From Octopus vulgaris (Eukaryota): 64,000 nucleotides of DNA. The DNA is taken from NCBI GenBank assembly GCA_951406725.2, contig OX597833.1, positions 36,022,001-36,086,000 of the forward strand. The letters run 5' to 3'. This document shows positions 56,086-64,000 of the stretch, in pieces (within the stretch, counting starts at the first letter, position 1; each line of letters starts with the position of its first letter). Under the pieces are notes generated by a model. That model was not told the DNA's origin and did not search any database. It saw only the letters and a program-made list of their open reading frames with translations. A program made the position numbers and the translations under genes.

Positions 56086-57187
56086 TATTTTTATTTATTT
56101 ATATTTTTTATTTATTTATTATTTTTTATTTGTTCGAAGTCATTGACGTTGGCAAAATAATCTGATGAAGGTGGTTTGCGTCGTAGCCATGATGGTTGCC
56201 ACAATTAGTTGTTGTGTTTGTGCTTATGGCAAAGATGGCAGTGACAGTGATAGTTGTCTTAATGTTGACACGGTAGCGGTGAATAGTTTTATTGTGGTGA
56301 TGTGTTAGTGATAAAGTGATAAACAAGGTGAATAGCTGGAGCAATGGTGGTTGTATCATTGATGGATTTGTTTATGGTGATTATTTTTGTGATGTCATTA
56401 CAAGTGAATGGTATTGTTTTAATGTTAGTAGTAGTGATGTTTTGGCGGTGATGGTCGTCATCATCGTCATTGTAGTGGTACAATATACATTACAATAGTA
56501 CAATACAGGTAAAGGAGTAAAATAACATTTATTCTCTATATCGGACCGAAACAGCTCTGATCATGAAAACAATAATAATAGGGAACATGCTTTAGTCTAT
56601 CAATAGATCATAAATAATAGGCAATCTGTTAAGAATAGATCCTATATTGAGCCTACTGGCAAATATATATATATGCCAGGAAAATTTGCCTATAGTTGAC
56701 TATTGTAGACATATAGGCAACAGGTGGTAAAATGAAATTTAAAACAAATGTCCTGCTGATAAACATTAGCAGCAAGTGACGTAATCAATACGTAGGTCTG
56801 TTTCTATGGATACAGTCATGCGTGTAGGGGGATATTAGGGATATAGGTATGGATACAGAGATGTATGTGCATATTAATTTATATAGGTTTGGATACAGAA
56901 TCTACGTACATACGTGTGTGTATCGTCTCTGATAGAGAGATGTATGCATATAAGCGTGGAATATAGGTATGGATACAGAGATTTATCTACATACCTATGT
57001 TGACTTTAATATAATTGATAAACAGAGAGATGGATAAGGAGTGGGTGGCTGCAAGACGGATCGATCGATATGTAGCTGGATGGATAGATGGATGGATGGA
57101 TGGATGGATGAACGGACGAGTGAATGGATGGATAGATGGATGGATGGATGGATGGATGAATGGATGGATGGATGGATGAAGGGATGG

Positions 57188-57223
<36 letters not shown>

Positions 57224-57601
57224 ATGGATGGATGGATTGACGGATGGATCGATCGATCGATAATGGATGAAAATGTTGATGGAATGAGTGAATGTATAGA
57301 GGAATGGATAGCTGGATGTCTAGATACACGGATGGATGATGACTGCATAAATAGATGTTGGGGAAATGGCTGTATGGATAGACAGATGGGTAAATAGCTG
57401 GATGGATGGGTATTGGCCGGGTATTAACGAATGTATAGACAAGAATGTGAGCATATATGTATGTGTGTATGTGTGTGTGTGTGTGTGCGTGTGTGTCTAC
57501 ATATGTATATCTATATATATATATCTATATATATATATGTATATCCATATATATATGTATATGTATATATATGTATATATATGTATATGTATATATATGT
57601 G

Positions 57602-57633
<32 letters not shown>

Positions 57634-57717
57634 TCTATATATATATATCCATATATATATCTATATCTATCTATCTATCTATATATATATATATATATAT
57701 GTGTATATATGCTTTTA

Positions 57718-57770
<53 letters not shown>

Positions 57771-57774
<4 letters not shown>

Positions 57775-57900
57775 AGGTCGACTTTGCCTTTCAACCATTC
57801 GGGGTCGATAAATTAAGTACCAGTTGCGTACTTGGGTCGAGCTAATTAACTATCCCCTCCCCAAAAATTTCTGGCCTTGTGCCTAGAGTAGGAAAGAATA
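57771..57900 (+). mobile_element. SINE family B 3' half
   Basis: GCCGAGGTCGACTTTGCCTTTCAACCATTCGGGGTCGATAAATTAAGTACCAG. Confidence 0.85.
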
Positions 57901-58114
57901 ATAATAATGATGATGATGATGATGATGATGATGTTTACAATAATAATAATAGGCACAAAGTCAAAACCTGGGAGGAAAGAAACAATTGATTTAATTGCCT
58001 TCACTTCTTGATTGCTGTTCGTTTTATTGACCCCCGAAAAATTGAAAAAGAAGTGGAATTCAAAACGCAGTATATAACCAAGTTGGAACAAATACCAGTA
58101 GTAGTAAAATATTC

Positions 58115-58153
<39 letters not shown>

Positions 58154-58335
58154 GCTCATCATCATCATCATCATCATCATCATCGTCATTATTATTATTA
58201 TTGTTATTGCTGTTAACATCATTATTATTATTATTAATATTATTATTATTACTGCACTCTCCATTTTTCTCATCACCATAGTTTGAAGGGATTTGTAAAA
58301 TAAAGATAAAAATGAAAATAAAAAATAAAATTTGA

Positions 58336-58368
<33 letters not shown>

Positions 58369-58609
58369 ATTATTATTATTATTGTTGTTATTATTATTAT
58401 TATTATATAACAATTTCTCTTTTAAAGTCTCGTTTACAGTTTTAGCAAAGCGTCGTGGGGGAACCTTGCTGCCGTCTATCGGGAGCAGCAATAACTATTT
58501 TGCAAATAGGGTTATATCCCTTTTTCCGTATACTCATCCTTTTTTTTTTTTACCAGTCTGAAGATATTCTAAGATATCTATCGTTGCAGACAGGAAATTA
58601 TGTTGATGG

Positions 58610-58611
58610 CT

Positions 58612-58682
<71 letters not shown>

Positions 58683-59141
58683 GGTGGTGGTGATGCTGGT
58701 GGTTGTGGTGTGATGGTGGTGGTGGTGGTGGTGGTGTGATGGTGGTGTTGGTGGTGGTGTGATGGTGATGGTGGTGGTGGTGGTAGTAGTATTTGTTGTT
58801 GCTGTTGCAGTTGATTTTCTCTGCCTAAATGTACCCTTGTCTACATCATTACAGTGTCATCCTCCTTCATTTTTTTTTGGGGGGGGGGGTTCTTTTCTTT
58901 AGGATTGCTTTGTAAGATGTTGGTGGTAGTGGTGGGGGGTTGTGGGGGGGGATATTTTGGTTACTATTTCTAGCGGATCGAACAACCACATACAGCAGTA
59001 ATGGTGGTGTTGGTGTTGGTGCTGGTGGTGGGGCCGGTAGTGTTTTTGGAGGGGATTATGATGATGTGTTTAATAGATGCTTGGGCGGGTGGAGTGACAG
59101 AGCGGTAGGGAGGGTGGCGAGGGTGATAATGGTATTAAAGA

Positions 59142-59202
<61 letters not shown>

Positions 59203-59217
59203 GGTGGTGGTGGTGGT

Positions 59218-59261
<44 letters not shown>

Positions 59262-59442
59262 TGCTGCAGCAGCAGTAGTGGTAGTAGAGGGGTACAAAAG
59301 CAATGGTGGTATAGCGGCGATGACGGTGGTAACGGTGGTAACGGTGGTGATGGTGGCGGGGACATAGTGGCAGCATGGTAATATAAAAGGGGATAGCAGC
59401 ATAGTGCTGATGATGGCGGTTGTGATGATGGTGGTAGTGGCT

Positions 59443-59503
<61 letters not shown>

Positions 59504-60511
59504 CAGCAGCAGCAGCAGCAGTAGTAGTAGTTGCAGTAGTAGTAGTAGTAGTAGCAGTATTTAGTAGTAGTAGTGGCAGTGGTGATACGGTGGCATACAC
59601 GATGGTAATGGTTGTACACCCTTAATGATGATGGCATTGTGGCGAGGATTGTAGTATCGAGGTGATGGTAGTAGCAGTGGTGGTTGTGGTGGTGGTGGTG
59701 GTGGTGGTGGTGGTGGTGGTGGTGGTGGTGGGTGGTGGTGGTGGTGGGTGGTCATGGTAGTGGTAGTTGTACAGTAGTGCTAATGCTATAGTTGTCCAAG
59801 TGGTTTATAAGTGGTAGTGATAGTTTTGTATACGGTTCTGATGGTAAATAACGGGGGTGGGGGTAAGGGGGTCGGGTGGATTTGTAGTGGTGGTGGTGGT
59901 TACACTGATGCATGTCTGCTAAACAACAAACGTGCACACCGTCGTTTTCGTATAGCCGTGCTTCTGCTGCTGCTGCTGCCGCTGATGATGATGATGATGA
60001 TGATGGCGGCAACTGCGCTGTGGTGGAGGAGGTGGTGTAATGGTGTTGCTGCAGGTAGTAATGGCGGTGGGTGATAGATGTCAGCATTTTATTAGTGGTG
60101 ACACTGGAATGGTTGTGGTGAGAATTCAAATGATATAGTCATGTTTAGCCCTTGGTCATCTCGGTGTAGGATTGAGTACATTACTCAATATGTTCTGGCT
60201 TTGTTTTTGTTTTTGTTTTTTTTTAAGATGGTACTTGTGTGTATGTTTGAGTTGTCCGTGGAAGATTTGGCTGCTATTTCTAGCAGATCAAAATACCACA
60301 TAGAAATTTCCGTCGCTGGTTCGATTCGCATGGTGTTGGAGATGGTGGTAGTGGTTGTAGTCTTGGTTATGGTGATGATTGCAGTGTCATCTGGAGTGGT
60401 CGGAGTGGTGTTGGCGTCTTAAATGGTGTTAATGATGCGGTTGTTTTTATTGGTAACGCTGGAAGTCAGTGGCTGCAATGGGGACAACGACGACGACGAC
60501 GACGACGATGA

Positions 60512-60545
<34 letters not shown>

Positions 60546-60824
60546 GGTGGTATTGGTGGTGGTGGTGGTGGTTATGGTGGTGGTGGTGGTTGTGGTGGTT
60601 GAGGTGGTAGTTGTGGTGGTGGTTGAGGTGGTGGCAGTGGTGACGACGACAACGATGATGATGATGATGATGATGATGGTGGTTATGGTGGTGGTGGTAG
60701 TGGCGGTGGTGGTGGTGGTGGTGGTGGTTGCGGTGGTGGTGGTTGAGGTGGTGGCAGTGGTGACGACGACGACGATTATGATGATCATGATGATCATGAT
60801 GAAGGTTACGATGATGGCGATGAA

Positions 60825-60857
<33 letters not shown>

Positions 60858-61098
60858 AGAATGTGTTGATGTATGTGGTGATGTTCAAGGTGGTGTTCGC
60901 AATGACGTGGATGATGATAATGATGGTGATGATGATGAGGAGGATGCAATGGTGAGAGAGGTGCTAGTGGTAGCGGTAAGATTGGTGGTGGTGGTGGTGG
61001 TGGCGGCAGAGACGGAGGTAGCAGTGTAGGTGATAGCGCTGGTGATATTTGTGATAACGGCTGAGGATGCAAAAGCGATGCAGTTATATAGTGGTGGT

Positions 61099-61132
<34 letters not shown>

Positions 61133-61303
61133 ATGGTGGTGATGGTGGCGGGGTGGTCATGGTAGTGGTGGAGGGAAGGATGGTAGTGGCGATGGTGGTG
61201 TGGGTAGGGGTGGTCATGGTAGTGGTGGAGGGAAGGATGGTAGTGGCGATGGTGGTGTGAAAGATGGCGATGATGATGATGATGATGATGGTGATGATGA
61301 TAG

Positions 61304-61350
<47 letters not shown>

Positions 61351-61910
61351 GTGATGATGATATTGATGATGATGATGATGATGATGAGTGATGATGATGC
61401 TGATGATAATGATGATGATGATGATAATAATGGTGATGATGATGACGACGACGATGGTGCTAATGATGACAATGATGATGATGATGATGATGATGATAAT
61501 GATGGTGATGATGATAGTGATGATGATGATGATGATGAGGATGATGATAGTGATGATGCTGCTGATGATAATGATGATGATGATGACGACGGCGGTGCTA
61601 ATAATGATGACGATGATGATGATGATGGTGATGATGATAGTGATGATGATGCTGATGATAATGATGATGATGATGATGATGATAATAATGGTGATGATGA
61701 TGACGACGACGATGGTGCTAATAATGATGACGATGATGATGGTGATGATGGTGGTGACTGTGGTTTGCAATGGCGGTGTCTTTGTGATGTCTGGTGTTGG
61801 TATGTTTGAGGCAGTGGGTAGTAGTCGAAGAATGGAAGCGGGTGTAAGAGGGGTGGCAGAAGGGTCGGCAGTGGTAGCAGTGGTAGCGGTGGTAGCGGTG
61901 GTAGGGTTGG
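58610..61910. repeat. about 3.3 kb mosaic of GGT/GTA/GAT/GAC/GCA trinucleotide repeats with higher-order duplications
   Basis: Seen directly. The strand bias is G/T-rich, and GATGACGACGACGATGGTGCTAAT-like units recur at about 61441, 61582 and 61699. Confidence 0.9.
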
Positions 61911-62229
61911 GGGGGGTGTTGTTGTGACAGCAAAAATTCTAGCGGATGGGGATGGCGGTGTTTAAGGTAGCACAAAAACAATATCTTCTTGGGCGTAATC
62001 TTCACTATACCATGACAATACGCCACGTAATCAATACACACAGACAGACGCATGTCTAGACTGGACACACAGACATACAACGATAGGCCTAATTTATTTG
62101 TTTGGTTAACTGTCTGACACGTTAACAATGTTCATTTAGCGAGAAACACTTGAATATGTCTTCCTTCTTTTTCCTGACTCTCTCTTTCTGTCTCCGCCCT
62201 CCCCTTCTCTCTTTTTCTCTTTATCTATC

Positions 62230-62268
<39 letters not shown>

Positions 62269-62382
62269 TCTCTCTCTCTCACTGTATAAATATAGATGTG
62301 TATGTATTTATAAAGAGAGACAGGAATATATATATATGTGTGTGTGTATACAAACAAATAGACAGTCAGATAGAGAGATATG

Positions 62383-62483
<101 letters not shown>

Positions 62484-62870
62484 GGATAGATAAATAGGAA
62501 GGTAGGTAGGACGACAGATAGATAGATACATATTACATATGCATATCATATGTATATGTATTTATATTTATATGTGTATTTTACGCATATGTATATTTAC
62601 ATACATACGTGCGTTCGTATGTATGTATATATATATATATATATATATATCATATATGATCTACATTTATATATAATATATAATATACATATATATAATA
62701 TATATTATATATGTATATGTATATTTATAAGTATATCATATAATATTTATATATAAATATATATATAAATAATATATATTATTCTCCCTATATGTATACT
62801 TACATAATATATATATATATATGCATTATATATATATATATATATATATACATATATAGATATACATGTA

Positions 62871-62916
<46 letters not shown>

Positions 62917-63054
62917 ATATAATATATAGGTGTGTATACATATATATGGGTGTGTATGCATGGATGTATATATATATATATACACGCATATACATATATA
63001 TGCATGTATATATATATATATGTGTGTGTGTGTATGTGTGTATATATGTATATG

Positions 63055-63105
<51 letters not shown>

Positions 63106-63241
63106 TTAGGTATGTATGTGCGTATATATGTATGTTAGTTTGCCTATTCAGTCAAGCATCTACCATTTCTTTCTCTCTTTCTCTCTCTCTCTCCCTATTT
63201 ATATATATATATATCCATATATATTTTAATACATTTATATA

Positions 63242-63276
<35 letters not shown>

Positions 63277-63457
63277 TTATCTATTGAAGAATCAATAAAA
63301 TTTGCTATAACGAAATATGCAAATTTCTGGCAATACATCTTTGGTCCGGAGGACAGACTAAACGTTCAAAATTGTTTCAGATAAGATGTCGGATCGAATA
63401 ACGTGGGAAAGGATGTATACATTGCTCTTTCACTAAGAATATATTAATAATATTTAC

Positions 63458-63543
<86 letters not shown>

Positions 63544-64000
63544 TACATACACAAGGCACATGTATTATTCAAGAGTATATACAAAAGTGTATGTATTTAA
63601 AGTTTTTAATGAAATTTTCCTCAAAATTGGGCAAACCAATGAAAATCTCGCTGCAACTGTTATTGACTGTCAAAGAAAAGGGGAGATAATTTGAAGAAAG
63701 CAAGCTGTAACGTTCATGTTAATTTACATGTCTAAGGAAAAATTATTCTGTTTTCTGTTTGCCAGCAGGGGTGAGAAAGAACTATGAATATGTACTTCGG
63801 TTATTTGAAATAAATGAAAGCCAAGGGAAATAACTCAAAGCAACCAATGTCATGAATTTGTAAAATCAGATTAACAATTGAATGCCATTCACAATAAATT
63901 TATAATTTATTGAAATTTCCCGCTGAGATTTAGAAAATAAAAAATACGTAAAGCGCAGTATATAATGAATACAGCTATGACCGTAAAGTAATAAATATAC

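Noticed and set aside
63766-63833. Possible terminal exon (ttttctgtttgccag|...GVRKNYEYVLRLFEINESQGK*)
   Set aside because: The only support is an acceptor-like tract, with no homology or upstream exon.

Overview
This is AT-rich, extremely microsatellite-dense eukaryotic DNA with no recognisable host gene, and it contains a 100-N scaffold gap at 50572-50671. The repeat vocabulary points to an octopus (coleoid cephalopod) intron or intergenic region; this is inference, not a database result. Almost all listed ORFs are translations of simple repeats ([16 protein letters not shown], poly-I/N/D). The real content is a transposon graveyard: about 19 copies of a tRNA-derived SINE with an internal microsatellite (family A), about 13 copies of a Meta-domain-like SINE (family B), several CORE-like SINEs, Tc1/mariner and maT-like remnants and MITEs, a hAT element with an 8-bp TSD, a Helitron, RTE and CR1-like LINE ends, R4/Dong-like RLE retrotransposon ends and Penelope-like (PLE) fragments. 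Two signals stand out. (i) There are several type I hammerhead ribozyme motifs: three identical intact copies in a tandem-plus-inverted non-coding element at 48.7-50.0 kb, a fourth unrelated intact one at 46.4 kb, and several decayed ones, mostly in or next to (TA)n and often in fold-back form. (ii) Retroelements appear to partition microsatellite niches: PLE/hammerhead units in (TA)n, R4/Dong-like ends in (TAA)n, and two other R4/Dong-like families in (CATA)n.
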